A stretch of 63,477 nt of DNA, filler included, from Reticulomyxa filosa (taxonomy: Eukaryota > Protista > Foraminifera): NCBI GenBank assembly GCA_000512085.1. It is 17 parts of 17 records of this genome, joined end to end, with 100 filler letters (N's around TTAATTAATTAA, not from the genome) between each part and the next. Parts side by side here need not be neighbours in the genome. Positions count along the whole stretch, not along the records: positions 49,439 to 62,237 come from ASPP01001715.1; 16 more parts are not named here. The stretch is one strand, 5' to 3'. The translations under genes were made by a program, and so were the position numbers. The notes under the pieces were generated by a model. The model was not told the origin of the DNA. It did not search any database and saw only the letters and a list, made by a program, of their open reading frames with translations. This document shows, one piece after another, positions 50,213-62,337 of the stretch (position 1 is the first letter of the stretch; each line of letters begins with the position of its first letter).

Positions 50213-51975
50213 TCGGAAGACAACATATACTCAAAATATTTGAAATTACCCATTCCCAACAAATATGGCGATATCAAAATCAATGTCATCTTCAAACATA
50301 AAAACGAATCCATTGTCGGCGAAGTTCAATTTGCTGTAAAATTCATGCGGCAACTCGGACAGCCCTTACACGAGATTTACGAAGTGTCTCGCCAACAAGA
50401 CTTGATGTTGGGCTCACGTGCACAACTTACACGCAACAGCTTTGCGTTTCAATTGAAAATGGCAGGCTTCAATTCACACGCGCTCTCTCAACTCATGCTC
50501 TTCTATCCTTTGCAATTCCGACGCTGGAGTCACGACACCTTCGAACCCAACTCGCTCGGACAGAACTTTCTCTGTCAAATGGCCATGCGAGACAAGTTGC
50601 AGTATGCGCTAGCTCATGACCTGCTCACAGGCGATTTTATTCCATCCGACATCGTACACAAACAACTCAGCACGTGTGATAAGCATGGCACCTATCCATT
50701 CATGTACGCTTTGTGGAAGCAAGCGACTACTGATCACTTTGCTTTGTTTTGTCCGTTTGATATGAACAAGCCCAATGACATGTGGTGTTATATTGATAAA
50801 GTATATGTTTATATACATATATATATACATATATATATACATATATATATACATATATATATATGTATATATTTGTATTATGTTTTGTTTTATTGTTCGT
50901 GATACACTAAACAAGTTTAAGACCTCATGCGTCTCCTTTGCTGCGAGAAACACTGCCATGGATGTATTAGCCTTGTTGATTTGGCTCGAAGGCAAAATTG
51001 ACAAAAAATATTGGGAAGAGTTTGTGCAAACTCCAGAGGAGCATGTTAGACTATCTTTGATTGTGTCTTTTTTTTTTTTTTTTTATCACATATACTGAAC
51101 TTTGTGCTTGTCGGATCATTCCATTCCATTAGGAAGGATTCACTCCATTGATGACTGTCATTTTGTGTCAATCCAACTTGAGCGAGCAATTAATCAAGTT
51201 GTTGCTCCCTTCAAATTACAAAGAAAAGCCTCAATTTTGGAAAATCAATTGCATTGAAAAATATGTTTGGTCTTATTTATTTATTTATTTTTTTTGTTTT
51301 ATTTCTCTTTCTCTCTATTTTTCTATAGACATGTGTTGGGGATCCTTTTTGTTGCGTATAGCAAGGACGAACCATCTTGCACTTGGCTTTCACTTATTCG
51401 CTCCCCAATGTTCTTAATCGCTTACTTCTACTTCGTACATTTATTCCAGATGAGATATGGCAAAGCATGCTGCGCACTACTGATCAGGTTTCATATCTGA
51501 TCTTTTTTTAAAAAAAAAAAAAAAAATGACATTTAAATGACATAGAATGGTTTTACGCCACTTATGGAAGCAGTATATCGCTCATGTGAAATGGACGAGA
51601 AAATTCTATCCTTATTGATTCCAAACTTGTTACCTTTGGACTTTTGGCAAAAGCAAGGCAAAATAACAGTGCAAATGTCTGGATGCAATCTCTTGCACTT
51701 GTGCTTGATGAATGAAAAAGGAAATGTTGAACAGTTTTTGAAATGCTTGGCAAGCAAAATTAATTCGCAGATCTGGGCTCAATTAGTACAAATGAAAACT
51801 ATTTCTCAGGTAGCGCCAACTATCTTTTCGTTTTGATTTACATCCCATTACCACTCTCAAATAAAAACAGCCAACCGAAACTGTCCTGGATATGGCCACC
51901 CGTTTGAAAAAAGCTGAGTCTATTCTAAAATCGTCGGATAATCCATATGCAAAGACGTCAGCGACTCCTCCGTAG
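49439..51975 (+). CDS. RelA/SpoT-synthetase-like nucleotidyltransferase domain followed by ankyrin-like repeats (multi-exon, 5' truncated)
   Basis: GPVKTLERCKMK, VIDMLR, MRVKNEF, KYGDIKINV and GEVQF occur in RelA_SpoT motif order. Then GTYPFMYAL, GFTPLMTVI, NGFTPLMEAV, GCNLLHLCL and TVLDMA ankyrin-like starts. TAG at 51973-51975. Confidence 0.7.
49490..49545 (+). repeat. (AAT)n microsatellite encoding poly-Asn (similar tracts at 40081-40120 and 50182-50211)
   Basis: Directly visible in the sequence. Confidence 0.9.
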
Positions 51976-52214
51976 ATCACACAAAACTTCTTTGCTTTTG
52001 CAAAGTGAATCAATTTGTTTCAACAATTTTTTTTTTGTAATTATACGCAACTTTATGTGAAAAAAATCCAATTTGCGCTTTATTGTCGTCATTTTGTCTT
52101 GCTTGATGTATTTATCAAACGCATTTCATTCGCAGTCTGTTTGTAACTGTTCTTCTTAAAAAGTTCGTCAAGGGGATTCCCTCATTTGTTGAATCTTCTT
52201 CCTTATTGGGAATA

Positions 52215-55200
52215 ATGACACAAGCAGAGGAAGCATCGCCAAGTCCGATTTCTATTGTTCCTCTTTTTCAGAAGTTAACATAATTTTTCAGTATACACGG
52301 AATTTATGTGCATTTTTTTTTTTAAGACCAAAACAAAACAAAAACAAACAATACTGAACACAAAAGATATCTGGCTGAAACTGGAAGAATTTTATTGAGC
52401 AGCAATGAAGAGGAGCTCAGTGTATGTTTGGAGAGCGATGTGAGCAAGAAAGTGATTGACAGCTTTGTGAACGGCGAAGAAGCCACATTAGTGTTGCAAA
52501 AACGAGTGATAACGGAAGAAATCAAATCGATGGAAGTGGACAATGGGATAACAAAATGCGTGTACGAGCTGTTCTCAGAGATTCCGGAGAGCAGCATCGA
52601 CACAAGGAAGGAGTGGTTAGTATACGTAAAAATGGAAGAAGCGCCATTGAACGAGGGGTCAATCCCATCGCAAGTGATGATAAGTCAGTTGAATTCGCAA
52701 TCTCCGTTGAGGAGTATTTTGCCGTACATTCGTCACAGTTTTGCTCCGACGGTAAGTCGTGTGGCACAGATGGAAATGGAGAAGCAGCAGTATCAGCAGC
52801 AACAACAGCAACAGCAACAACAACAGCAATTACAGCAACAACAGCAAGTGAAGCAGCAAAGCACAATGGCGACAAAGACAAATCAAGTATTGGAAAAGTT
52901 GCGCGAGTTGGAAATAAAGTTGGTCGAGAGTCAAGACGAGTCGTTGCTATTGAACGGAGTATCATTGGATCCAATTCGGGGCATTCAAGAATACGTTGCA
53001 ATATGCAGCGACGAACAAAGAAACAGGATTGAAAATGATTTGAATAGCACATGGGATTGGATACATTCGTCGTCGTCGAGTAACAACATGGAAACGCAAT
53101 CAAAGTCAAAGCCACAAATGCAACGCAAAATGGAATTGCTGAGGCAATTATCGGAAGAAACATCAATCAAAGAGATTCAAACGTGTCTGAAGCAATGGAA
53201 GGAACAAATCCAATCGGTGCTTCGTCGGTCCAATCCGTCGACGCTATCCACCGTTCGCAAGCAATTGCGCTTCTGGGAAGGCAAGCGCACCGCCATTGCA
53301 GAATTGGAAAAACAGTTGCAATCCCCGGGCGTTCAGGCTTCGTTGCACGTGTTGAAATTGAACAAGTCTATCTTTTGGATCACCACATTCCAGACACTCG
53401 GCGTCGAGGATGCGCTCAAGGAAGTGGACGTGCATTACAATGTGCTCGTCGCGTTTCCATTGCAAAGCGTACTCAATGCCATCAACGTACAAGACTTGAC
53501 CAAAGCGTGCTCCGAAATATTCAAGTATTTAGACTCGCCCAAAATTCGCACCACTACTCAATTGAAAAAATTGCGCAATTAAGTCGGGATAGCGGTCGCG
53601 ATATCGCCGAAAAGTTGCTGGATATCTTTTCTAAAGACTTGATGTTTATGAACTACGCCGACTTTATTGCGCGGACAAACGGGACTGATCGCTTGTTCCG
53701 CGAGTTTCAACACAAGTTCAGCAAGCTGCAAACCGAAGTTCGACACCAGCGACTACGAGAGCGCTATCACGGTGTGTGGACCTTGCGTGATGAAGACACT
53801 GAAATGAACAATTTGGAGAAAAGGATTGAGGCAATCAAACAAATTCGAGACTCTCATTATGTACTCGAAAATGCATTGGATCCGTCATTGTCATCCCCTT
53901 CACCATCATCGTCGTCCCTTTCCGTTGCCGACAAACAATTGCTCGAGGAAATGAAAAAGACACTTGTCGACGCTTACGAAGTCTTTCGTGCCATTGACAT
54001 TTTGCGGTGCTTAGATTCACAATGGGAGCAGTGTGCTCATACGTATACTGCAAAAATCGAAGAAATCGAAGAGCAATTGCGGCTAATGATTCGAATGAAA
54101 ATGGAACAGGCGGGCGATTCCAAAGAAATGTTTCGCGTTTGCGAACGCTTTAATAAATTATTTGTTCGCGATAAAATTCGAGCTGCCGTTTGGGATTTCC
54201 AACAAGAGCTGATCACCAATGTCGAAAAAGAAATCAAAGATTTGCTCGAGCGATACCGAAAACGTTATGCATCCATTCCTGCGAGTGCGTTGACGGAGTT
54301 GCGCGATATCCCTAGCGTTTCTGGAGAAGTGATTTGGATGAACCAATTGAAGCGACAGCTCAGCATACTTGAACGACGAGTTGATGCCGTGTTGGGGAAA
54401 AAATGGCAAGAGCGTTACAATAGCGGACAAGTGTTGGCCCAATTGATTTCGCGCTTTGCCGCCAAGTTGGATCCTAGACCCTTAATTGAACAATGGGTTG
54501 CCGAAGCTAATTTATTACCCCTTTTTGATGTCGAATCCTTTATCTTTTCGATCGAACAAGGGACTATCGGAGGACACATGTCACTGGCAGTCAACTTTGA
54601 CGAGCAATACGTAACGCTGTTCAAAGAAATGAGACGCTTGTCGTCTCTCGGAATACGTATCCATAAAGGAACATTGCTCGCTCAACGGGCCTTGCAAGCA
54701 ACAAGAGTTGATGTGCAGCTGACGCTAGACTGTGTCGATGTGAAGCGCAGATATCCCATTTCCGTGAAGCTGAAAGAGGCCGTGGCCATGTTCGCGCGCA
54801 CATGCAGGCAAATTGAAGAATGCACTTTGCAGATGGACGACGTGGATGCGCTATCCATGATGCCACACTTGCCCGCCTTGGTGGATGAGCGAAAACGCAT
54901 TTGTCAGCGACAGTTTTTGAAAGGAGCAGAGCGTCGGTGGAGCACCCCGGATCGTCTGTTGAGTGAATACGTGGATGCATTGGCCAAACAGGTACTGGAG
55001 CTGCAAGACAACACCAAGCGCGCACTGGACTTGACTGAGAGAACCAATCACATTTGCTGGAGTTGCAACAGTGCAGTTTGGTGTCCACTGATTTGGAACA
55101 ACACATGGATCAGCTGCGAAACATTGTGTTGCAATTGGATGACTTCAACTTTTCTGCGGTATCGAGTTGGGTTTGTCATTTGAATGACAAAATTGAAACT

Positions 55201-58200
55201 GTTTGCTGAAACGGCTGATGAAATCATCTGTGGCTGGAGCGAAACACTTGATTCCAATTGGCCTGTGGGAGCATCGACCAACGAAATTGAAAGTTGCAAA
55301 CACGCAAACACGTTTTGGAGAAACTCGCCCATTCTTCACGTTATCACCATCAGCTCCAATCAGAAAATCGAAATTGAACCTCCAATGATGGAATCCAAAT
55401 TGAACCTTGGACAAGACTTGCAAATGTGGTTGGCCAAGATCGTCTCGTTGAAACGTCCCACTGTATACTCAAAAGAAGAAAAGGACAATGACAAAGAACA
55501 GGGAGAAGAGGAAACGTTCCGATCGATATTGAATGCCGTCAAAATTGAAAACATTATTCAGTGCTATGCGAAAATTCAAAAAGTTTGCGAAGTCGCCACA
55601 AAGTATGCGTATTCATGGCTTTCATATCAAGGTCTTTGGGATTTGAAACTTCCCGATATTTTTGCTGCACTTGACAACAACATCACTTATTGGATGCGAC
55701 TCATCAACGACATGAAACAAGGCCAAGAGGCGCTTAACACTACAGAAATTGAAAAAAGCTTTGGTCCAATTGTTATTCAATTTGGGACGCTCAAAGCCAA
55801 AGTGTCGAACAAGTTTATTGATTTTTACAAGCAGATTTTGAAAATGTTCATTGCACGATTGGATAAAATAATACGAGAACTTCACGCAAGCGCGACAAAG
55901 GGAAAGTACGAATTGGAAGAAACATCATTCACTGTTTCCGACGTCCACGATATTGTGAAGGCTGTGACTGTGTTACAAAAACTTCAAAAACAATCTTCCG
56001 GATGGCAAGCGTTGTGGGAAGAATGCAAAGAAGCCGAAAAACTGTTACAACACTATCGCTATGTATTACCCCCAACATGGATTCGATCGACGCAAATGAA
56101 AGGAGTATTGGATGATTTTTTTGCAGTACTTCACAAACGTTGGAATGCATTGCAACTGAACACTCAAGCAATTTATGCGAAATTAGATGAACAGATTGAA
56201 GTTATTGTTGCAGATGTTCAACGAACAGAACAGCGATGGCGCATTGAAAAACCTACACATGGATGGGCAAAAACATGGACAGAAGAAGAAGTTCAAGATT
56301 GGCTGCGACAGTATCACAATGGAACATTGCGATTTGCCGTGGAAGCGGTCAAACGCAATTCAATTGATGGAAGAGCGTTGCATAAAATAGCAACAGCAAA
56401 TGATATGCGCATATTCTCCATTGTACAAACCAAATTTGAAGTTCCGGATACGAAACAGCAAGAGCTGCTTGTGAGTGGCCTTCGAACGCTGTTGTTCACA
56501 CGAGCAGACATTGAAAAAAAACTGAACGAATTTGAAGTTATTTTAAATCGATTGGAAGAGACGTATAAAGATGTAAAAAGCGCCAAAGACGCAATGTGCA
56601 TGGTCATGGAAATTAATGTACACAATAACAATGACAGCATGATTGACACGATGACAAATGAAAGAGAAGTTGAAATTGAAAGAGTATTGGATTCAATTCA
56701 AAAAGAGTTGACCGGATTGAAAGAAGTGTACCAAATACTTTCAGACAAACAAGATGAACTCGACACGATTGGAAAGCAGCCCTTTTTAGGAATGGACACA
56801 AAAGCATTAGCTAAAATGTTGAGACAAATGGAAGAAGGATTGATGAAATTGCCAAACAAAATCCGACAATACCAAGCTTATGACAAATTTGTATCACTGT
56901 TAAAACATAAACAAAAAATGAATAAAAACATGTTTACTGACTTATCTTGTGGAATTCTGAGACCAAAGCATTGGAATGAGCTGGACAAACTATTGAACTG
57001 GTCCAAAAAATAGTACGACAGGGACAAATAATGTAATGGACCCCCATGGCATGAAATTGGAAGATTTCTGGAACATGGATCTGTCGCAGCATCACAAGGC
57101 CATTTCAGAAATTGTGACAATTGCACGTGGAGAAAGCAACGTGGAGCACTTTTTGAATGAGATTACAGAAAAGTGGGGTAAGACATTGTTTGAAGTGATT
57201 GACTCCAAAGGCAAAAAATGTCCATTGGTAAAAAACTGGATGGAACTGCGTGAGCAAGTGGGCGAAGCATTGACGAACGTGATGCAAATGAAGCAATCGC
57301 CTTTTTACAAATCGTTTGAACGTGATGGAGCAGTTTGGGAAGAGAAGTTGAATGCAGCACAGGCCATCTTCGATGTGATGACCGACGTTCAGCGACGGTG
57401 GGTATACTTGCAAGGAGTGTTTCAAAATAGCGTGGACGTGCAAAAGACATTGGGATACATGTTTCAAAAGTTTAAAGGCTTTGACCGAGAATTTGTGCAA
57501 TTGATGCGTGGAATTAAGCAAGATCCATTTGTGGATCATTGGATAACACCGGAAAAGAATTTGTTGCATATGTTAGAGACGAACCAAAGTACACTCAACA
57601 CAATTCAGAAAGCATTGAATGAGTATTTGGAGTCCCAACGCGCGGCATTTTCCAGATTTTACTTTATCGGAGACGAAGATCTGTTGGAGATCATTGGAAG
57701 TGCCAAAGACCCAAAGGCCATGAATCGACATTGGTCGAAGATGTTTGCAGGTATTTCACAGGTGGAGTTGCAGCCAGAGAATGACTCGATCATTGTTGGC
57801 ATGTCATCGAGAGAAGGCGAGCAAGTATTGTTCAAGCATCCCATCGACGTCACCAAGACTGAACGTATCCAAGATTGGCTGATGCAAGTGGAGCAACAAA
57901 TGCGTCTGACATTGGCGTCGCTGTTGGAAGAGGCACTATTCACACATGCATCCCCACAGCAGGTGAAGTCATATTTCGAATGGATCGCAAAGTATCCCGC
58001 GCAAGTGGTATTGTTGGCCACACAAGTGCGATGGTCGGAACGAGTTGAGAGTGTGTTGCAAAGCAAAAGTAAGAGTAGTGACAAAAATGAAGAAAATGAA
58101 GAAAAAGACAGCAATGTTAACATGTGTAAATTATTGGAAGAAATAGTATCCACTCTTGGACTATTGGCCAATTGCGTATTGCAAGGAACACTGGAATCGA

Positions 58201-61200
58201 AAATGCGAAAGTTGTATGAGCAACTGATCACAGAATTGGTGTATCAAAGAGACGTGACAAGAACACTGATAAAAGATCATGTGTGCAGCACAAGTGATTT
58301 TCAATGGCTATCTCGAATGAGGTTTTATTGGAACCGTTTTGAAAAAGACGTGTTAAAGAAATTGGAAATTCGAATTAGTCGAGCCAAGTTTTTTTACGGA
58401 TTTGAGTACTTTGGAGCCAATGAGCGCTTGGTGCAAACACCTCTGACCGACAAAGCGTATTTCACCTTATGTGAAGCATTGCATTCGAAGCTGGGAGGCA
58501 ACCCTTTCGGCCCCGCAGGCACGGGGAAAACAGAGTCAGTGAAAGCATTAGGCACCCAATTGGGTAGATTCGTGTTGGTATTTTGCTGTGATGAAACATT
58601 TGACTACAACGCTATGTCGCGCATTTTCGTGGGTCTCTGTCAATGTGGAGCATGGGGATGCTTTGACGAATTCAACAGATTGGAAGAGCAAATCCTATCA
58701 GCAGTGTCGCAACAAATTTTGACTATTCAAACAGGGTTGCGCGAAAATGCGGGAGAGATCGAGCTGAACACGAGTCGCGGTCTGGAGAAAGTGCGTCTCA
58801 ATCACGACATGGGCATCTTTGTGACAATGAATCCGGGCTACGCAGGCCGTTCGGAACTGCCAGATAATTTGAAGCAGCTGTTCCGAGGTATTGCAATGAT
58901 GCAACCAAATCGTGTGTTGATTGCACAAGTGATGTTATTTTCGCAAGGCTTTGGTACGGCCGAGCAGTTGTCGTCAAAGATTGTATCTCTATTTGAACTG
59001 TGTAGTGATCAATTGTCCAAGCAAAGTCATTACGATTTTGGATTGCGTGCATTGAAGGCCGTATTGCGCAGTGCAGGGAATCTGAAGCGACGAGAGCAGA
59101 TGGAATTGACCATCGTTGGAAATGGACACGAGTTAACTCGCATGTCACCCGAAATGGAACAAGGCATTTTGATTCGATCGTTAATGAGCACGGTTGTGCC
59201 CAAACTTGTTTTGCAAGACAAACTGCTATTCGATAGTTTACTTGCGTCTGCATTCCCGGGAGCGAATATCGAAGGAATCAAAGAGGAGGAACTGAAGACC
59301 AAGATCAAAGACGTGGCCGAGGAAAGACATTATCGCATTGACGATCAGTGGATTACAAAGCTGTTGCAGCTTCACACTATTCAACACATTAACTGGGGGG
59401 TCATGCTCGTGGGACCCTCTGGCACGGGCAAGACCTCCTCGCGGGACGTGCTCATGGAAGCCATGCGTCGTATGGATAAGATCAAGATTGAAAAGTTGAA
59501 ATCGATCCCAAATCCATCACCAAAGAGCAGCTATTCGGAGTGTTGGACCCAACCACATTGGAATGGACTGATGGAGTGTTTACGGCAACGCTGCGCATGA
59601 TCATCGACAACGCCCATGGCGAAGCGAATAAACGTCATTGGATTGTGTTCGACGGCGATGTGGATCCGGAATGGGCCGAGAACCTAAACTCGGTGTTGGA
59701 CGATAACAAAATGCTGACATTGCCAAATGGAGAGCGTCTGGCATTAACAGATAATGTACGTATACTGTTTGAGACAGCCAATCTGAATGCAGCAACGCCG
59801 GCGACGGTATCACGTTGTGGCATGGTTTGGTTCAGTGAAGAGTGTGTGACTCTGCCAATGCTGTTTCACAATCAATTGGAATCGCTGCGCGCAAAACCGA
59901 CGTTGACTACGAGCGGAGGAGACATGGCACGTACACTGCTTGACTGGCAAAGGGTACATCACATTGTCGTGGATTATTTGACGCCATTGTTCAAAAACGA
60001 GGTTAGCTTCGTATACGAGGCCATGCGATGGGTGCAACGCAAACCACATGTGATGGAGTTCACCGAACTGCGAGCCGTGTGGTCGCTATTTTCGCAATTG
60101 CGAGGTGGCATTCGAAATGTGCTGGAATACAATGAGACCAATGAAGTGTCGCCATTATCCGATTTGCAAATACGCAGCTACATGGGCAAATACCTGCTGC
60201 ATTCGATCCTTTGGGCATTTGGAGGGTCGATGACATTGGACCTGCGAATGGAATTTGGCAATGTGCTGTGTCACATGGTCCGCAACAGTGACAACAACGA
60301 CCACGACTACGACGGCGTCAACAATGGCATTGACATTGGTCTCCCCGACACGAACTCGGATCTGTCCTTGATCGACTACGAAGTGAATGTAGAGAGACAG
60401 GAATGGACGGCATGGAAGGACCAAGTAGTGAATGAAGAGCTGGCCCCGCAACGCATCAAAGATGCCAATGTGGTGATCAACACCACCGATACACTTCGAC
60501 ACTCACGTGTAATCGGATCGTGGCTGCAAGAGCGAAGGCCAGTCATTTTGTGTGGCCCTCCTGGCAGTGGCAAGTCAATGACACTCACTGCTGTATTGAG
60601 CAGCAATCCGCAATACGAAATGGTCACACTCAACTTTTCGTCGACAGCCGATCCCAGTCTATTGTTCAAGTGCTTCGAGCAGCATTGCAAAGTACTTCGG
60701 ACATCGCAAGGGTATACGTTGCGTCCCATTATACCGAACAAGACATTGGTCGTGTTCTGCGACGAGTGCAATCTGCCCGCAGAGGACAAGTACGGCACGC
60801 AGACGATCATCACGTTCCTTCGTCAACTAATCGAAAAGGGAGGATACTGGAACCACGCGAATAGGAATTGGGTGCAATTGGAAAACATTCAAATTGTAGG
60901 CGCATGCAACCCGCCCACAGATGCAGGACGTATAGTATTGTCCCCTCGTTTTTTGAACCATTGTCCATTGGTATTGATCGACTTCCCAGGGAGAGAATCA
61001 TTATTGGAAATCTATGGCACGTTCGTTCGAGCGCTGTTGAAGCTGACACCGTCGCTGAAAGGCCTCGATGAAAACATCACGCACGCAATGGTGGACGTAT
61101 ACCAAAAGTCGCAGCAACACTTCAACGTGGACATCCAACCGCACTACGTATACAGTCCGCGAGAGTTGAGTCGATGGGTGCGCGGCATGTATCGAGCGTT

Positions 61201-62237
61201 GATCGACCTGGAGAACGTAGGAGGCACGACGGCGGAAGAGATGGTGCGTCTGTGGGCGCACGAAGCATTGCGTCTGTTCAGTGACCGTCTGGTGACAACA
61301 GAGGAAAAGGATTGGACATGGAAACTGATACGCGAAGTAGCAGATACACACTTGCACGCCGTCGACGATTTGGATCAGGCACTTGTGCAGCCGATTCTGT
61401 TTTCGGATTATCTGTCATGTCAAAGGAACTATCTGTCCGTGGGCAAAGCCGAGTTATATGAGTACGTTGTGCAACGTGTGAAAGCTTTCAACGAGGAAGA
61501 ACTCGACGTAGCGCTGGTCATCTATGACGAACTGCTCGATCACATTCTTCGCATTGATCGTGTGCTGCGACAACCCTTGGGACATTTGTTATTGGTTGGC
61601 GCTTCCGGCGCTGGCAAAAGCGTGTTTTCGCGCTTCGTGTCGTGGCTCAATGGCATGTCCACTTTCCAAATCAAGGTACACAAAGACTATACTCAGGAAC
61701 ACTTTGACCAGGATTTACGCAGCGTTCTCATTCGCGCCGGCGTCGACGGCGAACGCATCACCTTCTTGTTCGACGAATCCAATATCTTGCACAGTGCGTT
61801 CCTGGAACGCATGAATGCGCTGCTGGCGTCCGGTGAAGTCCCTGGACTTTTCGAAGAGGCCGAGCTGCAACAGCTGCTCGCCAAACTGCGCGAGGCCGCC
61901 AGGAAGGAGGAAGAACTCAAGGAGACCGAGGAGGAGCTGTATCAATGGTTCACCAGGCGCGTCCAACACAACCTGCACATTGTATTCACTATGAACCCCG
62001 CCGAGGGCGACTTTGCCAATCGCGCAACCACCTCGCCGGCTCTCTTCAATCGCTGCGTCATCGATTGGTGGGGCAATTGGTCCAAGGACGCGCTCCTGCA
62101 AGTGGCCAAGGAGTTTACGTCGCGTTGCGACTTGCAGCTCGCCAAGGCAAAGGGAGACGACTGGTCAAACAGTGACAATGGAGGAGAGAGCAGTGGTAAT
62201 AATGATAATGGCAACGGTGGTAATGACCAAGATAAAA
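52215..62237 (+). CDS. Cytoplasmic dynein-1 heavy chain (tail to AAA4; 3' truncated; several frameshifts)
   Basis: ELRDIPSVSGEVIW, WLSYQGLWDL, QRRWVYLQGVF and RFYFIGDEDLLEIIG. P-loops GPAGTGKT, GPSGTGKT, GPPGSGKS and GASGAGKS; FDGDVDPEWAENLNSVLDDNK; RATTSPALFNRC. Frameshifts near 53565, 55040-55230, 57005 and 59495, several in homopolymers. Confidence 0.96.
52785..52860 (+). repeat. CAG/CAA poly-Gln tract in the dynein N-terminus
   Basis: Encodes [24 protein letters not shown]. Confidence 0.9.
56264..56495 (+). other. SAM-like domain inserted in the dynein tail
   Basis: KTWTEEEVQDWLRQ...FAVEAVKRNSIDGRALHKI...QQELLVSGLRTL fits the SAM pattern W..EDV..WL......F..N.IDG..L. Confidence 0.7.
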
Positions 62238-62337
62238 NNNNNNNNNNNNNNNNNNNNNNNNNNNNNNNNNNNNNNNNNNNNTTAATTAATTAANNNNNNN
62301 NNNNNNNNNNNNNNNNNNNNNNNNNNNNNNNNNNNNN

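Noticed and set aside
53560-59540. Programmed frameshifting in dynein (also in the C26 gene and ffh)
   Set aside because: Breaks are numerous, often in homopolymers, and occur in all three organisms, which fits sequencing error.
1654-62337. Regularly recurring TTAATTAATTAA palindrome as a CRISPR-like or biological repeat
   Set aside because: It is always embedded in exactly 44+44 N, so it is a synthetic six-frame-stop contig linker.
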